A stretch of 64,000 bases of DNA from the human T2T-CHM13v2.0 reference genome, Homo sapiens. The notes beneath the pieces are model-generated. The model saw nothing but the letters and a program-made list of their open reading frames with translations. It was not told where the DNA came from and did no database searches. The DNA is taken from NCBI RefSeq assembly GCF_009914755.1, contig NC_060927.1; one strand, given 5' to 3'. Position 1 is the stretch's first letter, and each line of letters begins with the position of its first letter. Position numbers and translations under genes: made by a program. Positions 39,753-54,892 of this stretch are shown here, in pieces.

Positions 39753-39880
39753 GCTGGGTGTGGTGGTGTACCCCTCTAATCTCAGCTACTCAGGAGGTGG
39801 AGGCAGGAAGAATGCTTGAGGCCAGGAGTTTGAGACCAGCCTGGGCAACATAATGAGACCCCATCTCTAAAATATAAACA
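39753..39880 (+). mobile_element. FLAM (Alu monomer)
   Basis: Single arm ending gagaccccatctctaaaa. Confidence 0.85.
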
Positions 39881-40734
39881 CATAACATTTTTAAAAAGAA
39901 GAAACAGAACAAGTTATTGGACTCATAGTTGTGGGAGACTGCGAGGCAAGTGGGAGCTCAGTTGCTTCGTATAAGACAGTAGAAGAAAGAGGCAGCAGCC
40001 GAACTGCAGGAGGACAGGCAGTGTGGCGTGGGGCTGGGTCTCCACGGAGAAAGGAAATGGAGGAAGGATGGGAGGGGAGGGCCCAGCAATGGCAGTAGCA
40101 GGAGCCCAGGGAAACAGATGGCCAAGAAAGAACTCCCTGGGGCAGGGCCAACAATGAATTTTGCCAGCAGTGAGGACTGTTGATAGATGTTAACTGTGTT
40201 CCTTCTCTGTGCCTTAATACCCTCTGCTGTCCATATGCCCCAAGGGCAGAGTGTTTCACATGTGCTATGGGTTGGAGGCACTGCATGGGGTGGGGAGAGC
40301 TCTGTCCATGCTCAGGCAAAGCCTGTGAGCCTGTGGTGTGCAAAGGAATGGCCCAAGAGCCAGAGGCAAGGAGGAGCAGGGAGGCGGTCAGGCGACTGCG
40401 AGGAGACTGTGACACCCTAACATTTCTTGGAAGTACCCAGAAGAGCACTGGCCTGCTGACAGGGATGTACAAGGGGGCCGGAGATCTATGTTTGGCTTTT
40501 GAAGGAAAGGATTACTCCAGCAGGCTGGTGGACACTGGGACCTAGGCCATGTGATGGCCGGATGGTGTAATACCCTCTGCAGTGGTGCGCAGCAGCTGTC
40601 CTGGGAGAAGTGCACTGGCAATGCTGGGCAGAAGGTGATCAAGTGGAACAGGAGCAATGTTAAAATCTAACTCATGAGTAATATGGAAAGATCTCCAGGA
40701 TACACTGTCAGGTAATCAAAGGCAGTGTCCCTGG

Positions 40735-41102
40735 AGGGTGTGCTATGCATTCTCCACGGGACCCCTGAGCTGTCCATACCTGCCTCCATAATGCTCTGTG
40801 TCCGGAGGCTGACTTGTAAAGACTGCATCCACAGGCCTCCTTGCCAGGCCTCCTTGCCTTATGACTTCTGGTAGGGATTGGCCAATGGGGGCCCTGCAGA
40901 AGGCCCAGAGAGTGGAAAGGGAGCGAGGTGGGGGTATTTACTCCTTGGCACCCCCCCCCCTCTGACTCCCCTGCATTTGCCAGCCCTGTTCCTCATTGCC
41001 TCCTGCACACCTAGTCCACACACCCTTGTGAACAGTTAAACCTTCCTCAGTTATCCGGCTGGAGCATGCCGTTTGCTTCCTATTCAGATTCTGACAGATA
41101 CA
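40735..41102 (+). mobile_element. LTR33-like ERVL LTR
   Basis: ggaggctgacttgtaaagactgcatc...ttggccaatggg...gggtatttactcc; ends ctgacagataca; 13-bp tandem duplication at 40832-40857. Confidence 0.7.
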
Positions 41103-41383
41103 CAGGGAATACCATATGCTAACTTTTGTGTGCTTAACGGTGGTGGCAGCATGAAAATACATATTTGAATCTGCATAAAGAAATACTAGAAGAATGCATA
41201 AGAAGCTAATAAAAGTAGCTTCCCATAGGGGTATGGCAGAGGGACTGGGTGAACCAGGGTAGAGGTGGGCAAGATTTCCCATCATATCTAATTTATATTA
41301 TTTTGATTTTTGAACCATGTGAGTGACTACTTATCAAACGAACTTAAATTGGAAATAATCTGTTCTACCCCTAAGTCTGATGA

Positions 41384-41800
<417 letters not shown>

Positions 41801-44149
41801 GGAAGCTCTCAATTTTAACTCAAAAAATCCACAGCACCGAGGGAAGCAGCTCCTCCAAGCTGGCTGCATGAAGCAGGGCCACAGCCGACTGTCCCATCTG
41901 CTTCCCTGCTCCTGCCCTCCTAGAGCTCTGGCCTCAGCCATGGCATCCTAGAGATGGTGTTGCAGGGTTTGTCAACTGACCAGAAGAGAGAGCAAAATTA
42001 AATTACATATGAAGGTTGACTGTGGAAAACAAGAGGAGCCAATGTTGAGTAGCAGCATCTCAGTGAGACAGATGATGGCATTGCTTATGGTAACCCTCAT
42101 CTTGAGAGGGGCTGTTCAGTCTGTGAGGTGCACCACTGGAAGCTTCCAAAAGGCCCAGCAAGACCCATTTCTGTGGCTGACTTGCCATGTGAAACACCCC
42201 AGGCATGTGGCCTGCACCTGGAGATGCCACACCCATGCCACCACCACCGTCACCCCGTACACCTTTTGTAAGTGTGCCCCCTGGGGCCTGGCACCAGAGA
42301 CACACAGATCATGAGCGCAGAACCATACCTGGAGAGGCGCCTCCTGCAACATGAATATTCAACCTCACAGAGAATTTTGACCTTTGCTATTTCTCATTGG
42401 CTTTGTGGAATAATCAGAGGAGCCAGCGTGAGAACAAGGCTGGCATTCACAAAGCTTAGCTCTCATTTCCTCATTAATCCTCCGAGTCAGCATTACGAGG
42501 CAGGGAGAGGTCAAACACGATTATTGCCTTCATCCAGAACGGTAGGGTAATGGCCTGCCCTGTGTCATGCATGAGTCACAAGCAGAGTGGGGTCTAACCG
42601 TGATCTTTGGACCTTGGCTCCTGATTGCAATGGGAAGGTAGAGGTCACAGATGCACAGATTGGCAGAACAGTTACCTGAGCAGTGTGACTTCAAGTTCAA
42701 GGCAAAGATCTTCCTCTATGGTTCTGTCTACTGTTGCCCAAGTGGCTACCATTGGTCCTCCTTTGGTGTTAAGCATAGTTTACAGCCAGTATTTCCTAAA
42801 TGGCCAGAATAGTTCATGGCCAATATTTCCCAAGTGTCTTGGACCAGGGGCTTGCTTTTGGCACTCCTGGTCCAAAATATTTGGGAAATACAGGCCGAGC
42901 GGACAGCTGGAGCTGCCTGAAGCATCGCTCCTGGGCCTTGGTAAAAACATCACCTCAATCTGTTCAAATGTTCCCCAAGCTCAGTTCATCAGTCTGGCTG
43001 AGTCCTGGGCAGACACGTAGGAAAAGTCCATTTTACTTCGGTAGGAGGGAGTCGCAGATGGCTCTGTGGAGAGATGGGGCCCACCCATCTCAGAGGCAGA
43101 AATGAGAGCAGGATGAATCCATGTCTGGGGTAGAAGCCGTGGAGGGAGACAAATGGCATGCAGGTCCTCCAAAAGCCAGCCAGGGGCCCCCTAGGCCGCA
43201 CCCTGCCTCCAACTCACACTTAGCTTTTGGTGAAAGGCTTTTCCCTGTCTCTTCCAATTATTGCTCTTTTACCTTGTGCTAGGCTCTGGGATAAATCATT
43301 TTCATGTATTCTCACAATTTCCAGTGAAAATCTGACACTCAGAGAGGTGAACTGCTCATGCTTGCATAGCTGGGAAATGGTTGAGGTGGAATTTGAACTC
43401 CTGTCTGGCTGGAGTCTAAATGTTCCTGCTTCTCAGAACATTCCTATACATTTATTCACGGACCTAAACAAGTTGTGGGGAGGGAGAGGAAGAGGAATGA
43501 AGGGGACCAGCTCCGAGGCAGAGAGGAAATGGTGAGGTGGAGACACAGGAAATCCTGACTGTGTATGTATATGCTGTCAGCACGTAAACTGAGCTATTTT
43601 AAGGTCAAGGCCAGGGTGCAGCCCAACAGAATTGCGAAAGCAAAATGTGTTTGCTTCTGCAGTTGGCTTTTTAAATACATTTTTCTTTATTAATTGGAGC
43701 ACTGGTGAACATCTGGGTCATCCTAAATTAGGCCTTTGACATTTGAAAAAATAATCTCAGGTAACAGAGTAAATGGTTCAGGCTCTGTGGCCAGAAGTCT
43801 CCTGGTCTCTGACATCCAATCTGTTTCTGCTCACCTGGTCCCTCTTTTTAATAAACTTGCTGGAAAGAGCTCCAGAGAAAAGGGGACAGTCCTGAGAAAC
43901 TGTGGCCGAGCAAATGCAGCAAAAGACAGGTCCAGCAGAAGTTGGTGGCCACAAATCCAGCAGCCCCTGCAGACAAAGTCCTTAGATAGTTGGGCTCATG
44001 TGACTCTTCTGCATACCCCATGGGCAGCATCTGCAAGGGGGTCGTGGGAGTTCTATAGCCCTGTGTGCCCTTTAGGGCGTAGGATCCCCCAACCCTCCAC
44101 CAAAGCTTCCCATGCAAGTCGAGCTCAAATGCCCACCAATTACAGCCAC

Positions 44150-44345
44150 TGTCACTCCCAGCTCTGGCATGCTAGGTGACCTTGAATAAGTTACTTAACT
44201 TCTCCATCCCTCTGTTTTCTTATCTGTAAGATGAGTGTGATAATAACATAAGTGACCTTATGGGGTTGTGATGGGATAAAATGAGACAATACAGGCAAGG
44301 CGCTTGAACAGTTCGGGGCACACTGAGCACCATGCAAGCATGTGC
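44150..44345 (+). mobile_element. MIR
   Basis: gtgaccttgaataagttacttaacttctc...tttcttatctgtaagatg. Confidence 0.8.
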
Positions 44346-45234
44346 GATTCTTCCTTGTTCTGGCTGTGGAGAACATGGGGGAGGGAGGATTGATTGCACA
44401 CCTTCTGTGTGTCAGAGGGTTTCCACAGATGACCTCTAATGCTTCCTATAATCCCTTAAGAAAGGGGTCATCACCAAAGTTTACAGTTAGGGCACCAAGT
44501 CTCGGAGGGGATCAGTAACTTTGCCTAAGGTCACAGGGTTTGGAGACACGTGTCAGGGTTTGTACTCACATAACCCTGACTTCAAAATCTATTATCTGAG
44601 TCATTCCACACCTCCTCCCTAAACCACACCTGGCCCGAATTACGTGTAACACCTGCTCAGATGGTTTGGTGATTAAACCGCAGCCTTGGGGGCAGGATCT
44701 GGGAAGCTGGACCATGCTCACTCATGACTCCCCGGGATGGGTCTTTTCTATCATTCACAGTTCCCGTTGGTGGCCCAGTGTGGAGTGACCAGAGATGTCA
44801 CGTTAAGGGAACTGAAAAGTGAGAACAAAGCTAGAAGAGGAGATGGGATCTTGAGGGCAGGAAGGGACACATTCCAGCAGAAACATTCCTGTGTTTTTGG
44901 CCTGGCTTTTCACCTGTCCCCCAGGAAAGCTGGCCCCAGGCAGAGTGACACGTGTGAGGAGACTCCTAGGAAAGTCACTCCCTGTGACCGAGGCACCTCC
45001 CTGGGCTGGTCCTTGCACCTGTCATCTCATGCACTCTCTACGGGAACTAATGATGATGATTATGCATTTTATAGAGAGGTCACTGAAGCGCATTAAAGTG
45101 AAACAAGTTGCTCCAAGCCACACGGCGGAGGAAGATTCAACCTTGAGTCTGGGGTTCAAAGTCTCTGCATTTTCTATGACAGATCCCTTCGCGATAGCAA
45201 TGGCGCTGCTCGTATAATAGATAATATGTGATAG

Positions 45235-45745
<511 letters not shown>

Positions 45746-46097
45746 TAAGGAAGAGGAGAAAGGCAAGGAGAAAGAAGAAAATTGGGGAAACAAAGGGAAT
45801 ATATAGACTGTGGGAATGAGTGAGAGACAGCTAGAGCCTAACACAGCCTGCTTGCAAAGCGACAATCTGGGCCTCTGTACTTGATACCTGCCCTGTTCCT
45901 GCACCCAATGCTCCAGGAGCTTCATGGTCATCCCCGGAGAGAAGGTCATCTCCTGTCCTGGGAAGGCACTGGGCTGGCTCCGGGGGCTCACTGGAACATT
46001 AACAGCCACAGACAGGCACACACACTTGACCTAAGATTCCCAGCATATTACTTCAGTCACTGGCAACTGGAGTGCAAAACCTGCTTGCAATCCCTGA

Positions 46098-46477
<380 letters not shown>

Positions 46478-49400
46478 GTCATTTCCCTTTTAAAGATACT
46501 GGCCAGGGAGGTCCTTTGACATCATCATCTTCATTATGGAGATCAAGGAGCCAGAAGATGAAGGAGCCAGAAGGTCACTGGGCTGGGCCTCTGGTCTCAT
46601 TGAGGGTTTGAGAATGAGGGGAGAGGAGTAGCCATAGGCATGTCCTTTATGTTCTTGCCACTCATGTCTAGGCCCTGGTTTTCCTTACTTGTCAAATGGG
46701 AATAATAATGCCTTGCTTCCCTTTTTTACAGGGGGTTGTGAAAAAAATAAGTCAATGAATGTGGAACATTCGTTAACAAAGGCATTCATTAACAAAGGCA
46801 TTATCATTGTCAACATGCTGACAAGTTAAACATATCCATCTTAAGGCTAAGTCAGATTCCAAAAGCAGAACTTTCTTTATTTGCAGTTTCAAAGAGCAGA
46901 AACAGCAAGACCTTTCTCCCTCTATCCTAAAGTGTTTCCAGAATGTTCTAACGAGCATGAGCCAATGATAAGCATCAGTTGTTTTTGTCTGTTCAACAGA
47001 TGTTCTCCTTGTTTTCTATAACAGCAGTTCATCTGACATTAGAAAATGCTTTCAACATAGGTAGAAATGTTAACCCAGTCCCACTCCAACCCATAAGGCC
47101 AAGCAGATCCTTTCTTCCCAGGAATTTCAATCTTGGTGGAGCCACACAAGGATAAAAATCAATTGACCCTGACACATGCCTTTCTCTGGGGCTACTTGTG
47201 TGTCCTTTCATGCATTTCTCTTTTGCTCGAGTCAGCTGAGATCTGATTAATTTCTGTTGCTTGCAGTCAGAAATCCCAACCTGAGGGTCCTACTTTGTCC
47301 TTCCCTTAAGGACTCAGAGATAGGGAAGCTCAGGAGAGAAACAGGAACTGTGGAAAAATTTCCCAGATGATGGGGAGACGGGGTCAGGGAGACGGAGCAG
47401 CCCAGTGCAGAAGTAGATCAGATTAGATCAGAACCCAGGAGAGAACCTGTAAACACTGGCTGATGTGGTGGGGACATAATACACTCAAACAGGCCATAGG
47501 GATTGGGGTCTTCCTCCTAGCCCCTAGCTTGAGCCCTCCTCTCTGTGACACCAAGCTAGGCCCTATCATGCCTAGCTTTGATAGGGCTCCTGTATTTCCC
47601 TCTGGCTCACATTTCTATATTTGATCTTGATTAGGGCAATGAAAGGCTCTGGGATTGGCTTGTCCAACTCCCTCATTGTCTTCAGATAGAGAAAGTGAGG
47701 ACCAAAGACAATAGGAGTCTTTTGGTCCTTTGTAAGCTTGCTTTTTGTTTCTATCTGAGCTTATCCCACAAACAGCTTAAGAACCCCCGAAGAGCTCCTT
47801 CTAGGGAGGGCCAGGCACTGGCAGGACCTCACCACCACCACTTAGACCCAGATGGAGACCAGGAATGGTTTCTACGGTGGCCTAGCTTAAGAGTGAAGTC
47901 ACAGAGGGGCCTGCAGGATTGGCAAGGTCACCAGTCATTCCCACTAGCTGTACTTTTGGCAGATCAGCTTTTTGTTGGGCATGGGTCAGGCCTTCTCAAA
48001 GTGCTCCTCAAGATGAGGCTCAGAGAGGCAACATAAATCGTGAAAGGGCCAGCCGTGGGCTCTTCACACAATCCCCTACCATCTTGCTAAAAGTTGAAGG
48101 GCAGCACAGCCATACCTCATACATGGTAGCTTATTTTTGGCTGATGAAAGGCCCCAGATACTCAGGCTCCTTAGCAGAGATGTGGGACTTAGGGAGGAAG
48201 AACTGTTCATTGGCAATGATGAGCGGCAAGTGATCCCTTTATGGCCCGGAAAGGTCCTTTGGACACTCACGCAGAGCACCAAGGAGATGGAACTCAGCCA
48301 CCCAACTTGCCCAATTCTGGACTCCTCTCACCTGCCTCAGCCAGGACCAGGGATGGAACAGGGAAGCGGGGAGCAAAGGCCTTCAACCCAGAATGCTCTA
48401 GGAGGGGACACTGTGCAACCCAGGCATGATGAGTCCTCTCTGTGAAATAGGGAAAGTCAGAGAACCAGACCTACAGTCAGGCACTGTCAAAAGTTTATGA
48501 TCCTAATTTCCCAGGGAGCCACAGCCCCTCTCAATTTTGGGGCCTTGCAGGTTCCGCTGCTCCCAGTGGACCAATCCTCTCTCTCCTGGGTGCCTGGGCC
48601 ACATCCTAGTGGGAGCTGATGTGATTGGCTCAGCTCCAATGACCTTCACATCTCATGGGTCAGGTACCAACAATGGACGAGCTTCCTTGGGTCACCCTTC
48701 ACCCAGCCAGTGTCATCCCTGAGGAAGGTCAGGACAGGCTGGCAGGTGTCATAGCTGACAAGTCTGGTCACACCCCAGGAGCTGGCCAAGACTCACGTTT
48801 GGCACTCACAGTCATAGTCCAAGCAAATTGGGGAGCAGGTGACCTCACTCATGTGGCACAGGGCTTGGTGACCCCTGCCAGGCCCCCCAGTATTTCCCCA
48901 CTCGATCACCTTTGGCCATGTTAAGAGGACATTGTTAGTCCTGATATTTTTCTTGCTTGTCCTTTGTTAGGGGTAATAAAAATGCCCTAAGAAACTTCAC
49001 ATTAACAAAGTTGTATTCTAAGTCTTAAACAAACAAACAAAAAGGATAAACAGGTTTGTGGGCTAGAGAGCTTCAGATTTATAATAGCAATGCCATTCGT
49101 TTGCAGTAGGAATGTCAGTGATAAAGATCTTTTAAATAGCTGTGTGTTGTTTGTTATTCTACGTAAAATTACTCAGCTGGATGATGAAAATGGTGAAAAC
49201 ACAGTGCAACATGACCAAGCAGACCTTGAAGTGTACAATACATCAGGGCATTTTGGGATCATCTAATAAATGGCAGTGCAGTTCCCAACTCCAAACAGAA
49301 GAACATGTGAAGCTTCAGCAACCTGATCAGGCCACGTAGGAGCCGACTGTGGTGGCACCATGCACGTAACTGGCCTCAACCGAGTGACCACCCCGTATCC

Positions 49401-49969
49401 TGTCCTCATTCAGGAAATGCCTCCATCTGCCTTCAGCACTAAATTGAGTTCAATTTCCTTGCCCATTGTCACTTTAACCAAGCGGGAGGAGGCACTGCTC
49501 CACCACCTTCCTGCCCCAAGATCCAGACATAGACGCTGCTCCACTCTCTGTAACTGCATGAGATAGGGCAGGTTATGGGACCTCTCTGTGCTTCGGTTTC
49601 CTCCTAGGTAAAATGGAAGTGAAGCACCACCTTATAAGGGTGTTTTGAAGTTTAGCATCAGGCATGGAGTAACTGTTCTTAATTATTTGCTGCTTTATTA
49701 ATAGTATAATCATCACAGGGATTTTCTTAGCTCCTCCAGAGATGAGCTCTTCACCCTCATTGCTACTTGCATGTCTGAGATGGCCTAGGACATACTGATT
49801 GATTCATTCATTCATTGAGTTTATCAAATATTTACCAAGTGCTAACTATGTGCTATGCCCTGGGGTCATAATGATGTTATATCTGAGAGATGTTCAATGG
49901 TCTTTTTATCCATTTCTTTGGCATTCTAGTGTGGCTTCCTGATTGCCTACACTTAGTGGTACTGATGCA

Positions 49970-50200
49970 GACTAACAGCTATCATCAATTGGGCACCTAC
50001 CATAAACCAAGTAATTTATATACACATTATCCAATTAGTTCCTTACACAACCCTAAGTGCTATGTGTTGCTACCTTCACTTTCAGCCAAGAAAACTGAGG
50101 CATAGAGAGGTTAAGTAACTCGTTCACATTCCTACAGTGAGATAGCCTCAGCATCAGGATTTGAACAGACATCTGTTTGAGTCCTAACCTCTCCACCATG
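49970..50200 (-). mobile_element. MIR
   Basis: gaaaactgaggcatagagaggttaagtaact...ggatttgaac. Confidence 0.8.
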
Positions 50201-50384
50201 CTCTGGGAAGCCAAGGGAAGGTGGGAACCCCCTCCCTGTTCTGGAGGGCCATCTTCCTGGTCACAGCAAGACACTCCCTTAGTTTTATCCGTGAGAAGCT
50301 GAAAACCCTTCAGCAGCTTCTATTCCCACTACTACACAAATCGTCCTGTGACCAGGGGTGTAAGCAGCCAAGTTTTTTCATGGG

Positions 50385-51297
50385 GCTGTGTACAAGAATT
50401 CCCTTTTCTCTACATCCTTACCAACACTTTTATTTTATCTTTTTGATAACAGCCATCCTAACAGGTATGAGGTGATGCCTCATTGTGGTTTTAATTTGCA
50501 TTTCTCTGATGATTAATAATGTTAAGCATTTTTTCCATATACTTGTTGGCCGTTTATATGATTTTAAGAAAGGAGAAAGGAAGAAAGGAAGGAAGGAAAG
50601 AAAGGAAAGAAAGGAAAAGAAAGGATAGATTATTGATTTTGAAATGTTAATTTTGTATCCTGCAACTTTACTGAATTTATTAGTTCTAATAGTTTTTTGT
50701 GAAGTCTTCAGGGTTTTTTAATAGATGGTATCACCTGCAAACACAGACAATTTTGCTTCTTCCTTTCAATTTGGATGCCTTTTATTTCTTTTTCTTTCCT
50801 ATTGCTCTGGCTAGGACTTCCAGTAAGTACTTTACTAAATAGAAGTGGTGAGAGTGGACATCCTTATCTTGTTTCCAATCTTAGAGGAAAAGCTTTCAAC
50901 TTTTTCCATTGAGTATAATATTAGCTGTGGACTTGTCACATAGGGCATTTGCTATGTTGAGGTACATTTTTTCTATCTATAATTTTTGAGAGTTTTAATC
51001 ATGAAAAGATGTTAAATTTTGTCAAATGCTTTTTCTGCATTTATTGAGATGCAGAAAATCTCATTATTTTAATTCTTCATTCTGTCAATGCGGTATGTCA
51101 TTTATTAATTTGCGTATGTTGACCCATCCTTACATTCCAGAGATAAATACCACTTGATTGTGGTGTATGATCCTTTAACATGCTGTTGAATTTGGTTTGC
51201 TAGTATTTTGTTGAGGATTTTTGTTTCTATGTTCAGCAGAGATATTGGCCTGTAATTTTCTTTTCCTGTAGTATCCTTGTCTGGCTTGGTATTAGAG
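50385..51297 (-). mobile_element. L1MA/MB ORF2, two segments joined by a GA-rich tract
   Basis: Antisense ORF with [36 protein letters not shown]. Confidence 0.88.
50566..50625. repeat. Purine-only (GGAA/GAAA)n tract
   Basis: aagaaaggagaaaggaagaaaggaaggaagg... Confidence 0.9.
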
Positions 51298-53189
51298 TAC
51301 CAAACCAAATCACTCAGGCACAGAGAAACAGCATGGAATTCTGGCAAAAGAACCACCATGCTTGCCTCTACCCAGCTGGCAGAGGCCTCTACTCACTCTT
51401 GAAAATGCACTTGCCTTTGTCATATACAGAAAGCCCATATATAACCATCCCTTCCCATTAGTTCTCTTCAGTCCATCAGCTAACACACAATGAGATGAAG
51501 TTCTAAGGTACCCAGCATAGTCCCAGGGTTTGTGGGAGACACAGAGGTCCACTATGGGAGCTCATAGCCTGCAAGGTAAACTAACTTATTTGTCTATTCT
51601 CTTTGTCCTTTGCACATTGGACTACGTCAATGACATCTGTTACATAATTTTCAAAATGTAACCAGTGTTGAAAACCTGCCTGCCCTTTAAACCAGCAAAT
51701 CCAATTCCAGGAATTTAGCTTAAGGAAATTGTAAAAAATATGAGCCAATTTATCTAAAAGAAGGTTTAGGTATTTTTTTTAATAGTAGAAAAGGATTGGA
51801 AGCAAACCAGATAACCAACAATAAGAGACAGGTTATTAAAAGATGGGTATACCACACAATGGAATGACATTTGTCCATTAAGGCAATTTTAAAAGTATAT
51901 GTATTAGAAGGAGAGTCTTGATGTTTTAGGTGAAAGGAGCAGTTATAAAATATGCTATAAGCATACTGTATAATCCATCTGTGTGTCTGTGTGTGCCCAC
52001 ATGTGCGTGCACATCTCTTTGCATATTGATATCTACACATGACATAGTGGTTTGTTTTTCATTGTCTTTGTAAGAGCTGTGCCAGGTTCCCCTTGTTCAC
52101 CACTGGAAGAGTGAATCACCACTTCCAAGGATGCTAAAGGAGTCTTTTGTCTTTTAGAAGTTATGTTGATGAAGGTTTGAAAGTGAGGATAGCTTATCCC
52201 CATAAGATGTTTCCATCCAAGTGGAGACAGCACCCCTGATATGGCACTTCTGGACTCTCTCCACCCTCTTCAGTCCCCCTGCCCTGGAGGGAGAGGTTAT
52301 TCTGATTGTGAGTTTGGGAGGAGAAGCTGGACAGCACAGCCCAGAACTTCTTGGGTCTACTCACCCATGTTGTACATCTCATAGGGACCGGATCCTTGGT
52401 CCAACTCTGCCATGTTTGGGTGGGTGAGATGCCTAATTCAGGGGTTCAGCACTTGGAAAGACATGAAGCCAACGATGAGCCTTTCTCCAACATCTGCTTT
52501 ATCTGTATAAGTGGCATTCTGGCTTTCATCTGCCTTATTACTCCTTTGTTTTATTTCTTAACGGGTTCAGAATTGGTTCAATTATTTCTTAATTGGTTCA
52601 AGTGAGAAAGTGAGAAAGGGGATGTCATTCACTGGGCCCCCTTCAAACACCTTAACATTCAGGGTCTTCTCTTGGAGGTAACACTATACTGCAAGAAAGG
52701 GAGTGGAATCAACTCATTTTGTTTCAAGGTTTGAAAGCTAAGCTGACTGATCCCTGGGGGCTTATCCATGGTGAGGGGAAGGAAACTGAGAACTGGACAT
52801 CCAAAGGATTCTGACTGTGCACTGCAAGAGCAGGTGGAGTTGTGTGGGGTTGGTCGTGCATGGGACTATGAATAGTGACCTTGAGATCCTAGCTTTGGGT
52901 GCCCTTGACCGTCATGCACTGGAGGAATTTGGGCAACTTGAGCAGGAGGTACAAGGAGTGAGGTCATCAAGGAATACTCCTCAGCCATATCTATCTGACC
53001 ACAAATGTTCATCTTTCATCTGTGATGTGAGGTGGTCACTAAAGGCAAGAGAAGCTTGCTGTAGTCAAATATTAAGGGTCAGAGCTCTTCCCACTTAAGA
53101 ATGGAAATTGTACCATTTTTGTACAAACTCAGGGTCAGTTTCTGGGCCACCCAGGGATCTGGGGTTGCCCCAAGAAGAAGAGGTCATTC

Positions 53190-54260
53190 TTCCTTTTAAT
53201 CTAGGACCCACTCCTTGAAACTTTTCTCTGTCTACATGCACGTCCTTAATAATCTTGTGGCTTTAAATATCAATATTTTGGTTTCAAAACTCAGATTTGT
53301 ATCTCTAGCCTCAGCCTCTTCCCAAACCCCAGACTGCCTCTTGACATCCAATTTGGCTATGTATCATCTCAAACTTAAAATTTTAAGACCAACTTCTAAT
53401 CTGTCTACTCAAGCCCCACACTCCCACAGTCTTTCCCATCTCAGAAAATGGCAGCTCCATTCCCTGGTTGCCTCAGGATAATCTTGGAGTCACCTCTGAC
53501 CTTTCTTCCCTGTCTCATATTTCTACTAGGAAATCCCGTCAGTTCTACCTTCAAATATATCAAGACTCCATCTCATCTCGCACCTGTAATGTCCTCCTGG
53601 TCCAAGTAATCATTGTCCCTCACCTGGATTATTGCAATAGCCTCATAACGGGTCCCCCTGTTCCTACCTTTTCCTGCCTGTAGTTTATTCTTAGGGTTAA
53701 GTCATGTTACTGCTCTGCTCTAATCCTCCAATGCTTCCCTATCATGATCAGAGAAAAGTCAAATCCTTCTACCACCCCTCAAGGCCCTACACAGTCAGAC
53801 TTGGTGACCTTCCTATCTCATCTCCAACTCCCTCCTACCACTGACACGCTCTCTTCCAGCCACCCTGATCTCCCTGTGCTTCCAAGGATATGCCAGGGCT
53901 TTTGCATGTGCTGTCCCTTCTGCTGGAACCCTCTTACCTCCGTCTCCAGATGGTTCAATCCTTTCTCTCCTTCAGGCCATTGCTTTCAGGCTTTTGCTGA
54001 GCACTCATCTTAAACTGAAGCCTGCTTGACACTCCCAAAGCCCTTCCCCTGCTGTGATATTTTTATTGCCCTTATCCCCAGCTGTTTTGCTATATTTCTT
54101 ACTCGTTTGTTTATCGTCTGTCTCCCTCAACTAAGATAAAATGTCAGCTGGGCAAGGAAAGGACTTTTTATTCACTCTCCTTGCTGTATTCTCTGCAGCT
54201 GGAAGAGTGCCTGACGCAAAATAAGCACTCAATAAATACCTGTTGAGTGAGTGAATGAAT
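53190..54260 (+). mobile_element. L2a, about 1 kb 3' portion
   Basis: cacctggattattgcaatagcctc ... cactcaataaatacctgttgagtgagtgaatgaat. Confidence 0.85.
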
Positions 54261-54546
54261 CTAAAAAGCGGATGACTGAGATAGTTTTGATTTGACGTGG
54301 AAAAATAAAAAAGCATGACTACTATGCACAAAAATGTCATAAAGGAGTTCACACCAAATACACAGAAAAAATATGGCTGTATTAACATTAAAATGTCACA
54401 GTGGTTTTCACTGGGTGAGGAGCTACAATGGATTCTCCCTTTGTTTCTATCCATCTATTGTTTCTAATTAATATGCAATAAATATATTGTGTGTGTAATG
54501 AAGCCAAAGTAGAGAAATGGTTTTTAAACTGCTGCCTGCTATAAAC

Positions 54547-54892
54547 CAGAGATCCCCATTCTCTGGGCCACGGACTGAGAGCAGTCCAAGGCCTGCTAGG
54601 AACCGGGCCACACAGCAGGAAGTGAGTGTTGGGCCAGTGAGCATTACTGCCTGAGCTCCGCCTCCTGTCAGATCGGCAGTGGCATTAGATGCTCATAGGA
54701 GCACGAACCCTATGGTGAACTGCACATGCGAGGGATCCAGGTTATGCACTCCTTATGAGAATCTAATGCCTGATGATCTGAGGTGGAACAGTTTCATCCC
54801 AAAACCATCCCCCACCACACCAAACCCCCAGTCCATGGAAAAATTGTCTTCCATGAGACCGGTCCCCGGTGCCAAAAGGTTGGGGACTGCTG
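54547..54892 (+). mobile_element. MER1B (hAT-Charlie)
   Basis: cagagatcccca ... tggggactgctg terminal repeats; 8-bp TSD CT(A/G)TAAAC at 54539-54546 and 54893-54900. Confidence 0.92.

Noticed and set aside
39891-40472. 193-aa minus-strand ORF (and the 174-aa ORF at 33078-33602)
   Set aside because: No recognisable domain, no supporting exon structure, and composition typical of random ORFs
49180-49400. Coding-looking stretch (LDDENGENTVQHDQADLEVYN...)
   Set aside because: Stops after about 30 codons, weak acceptor, no recognised homology
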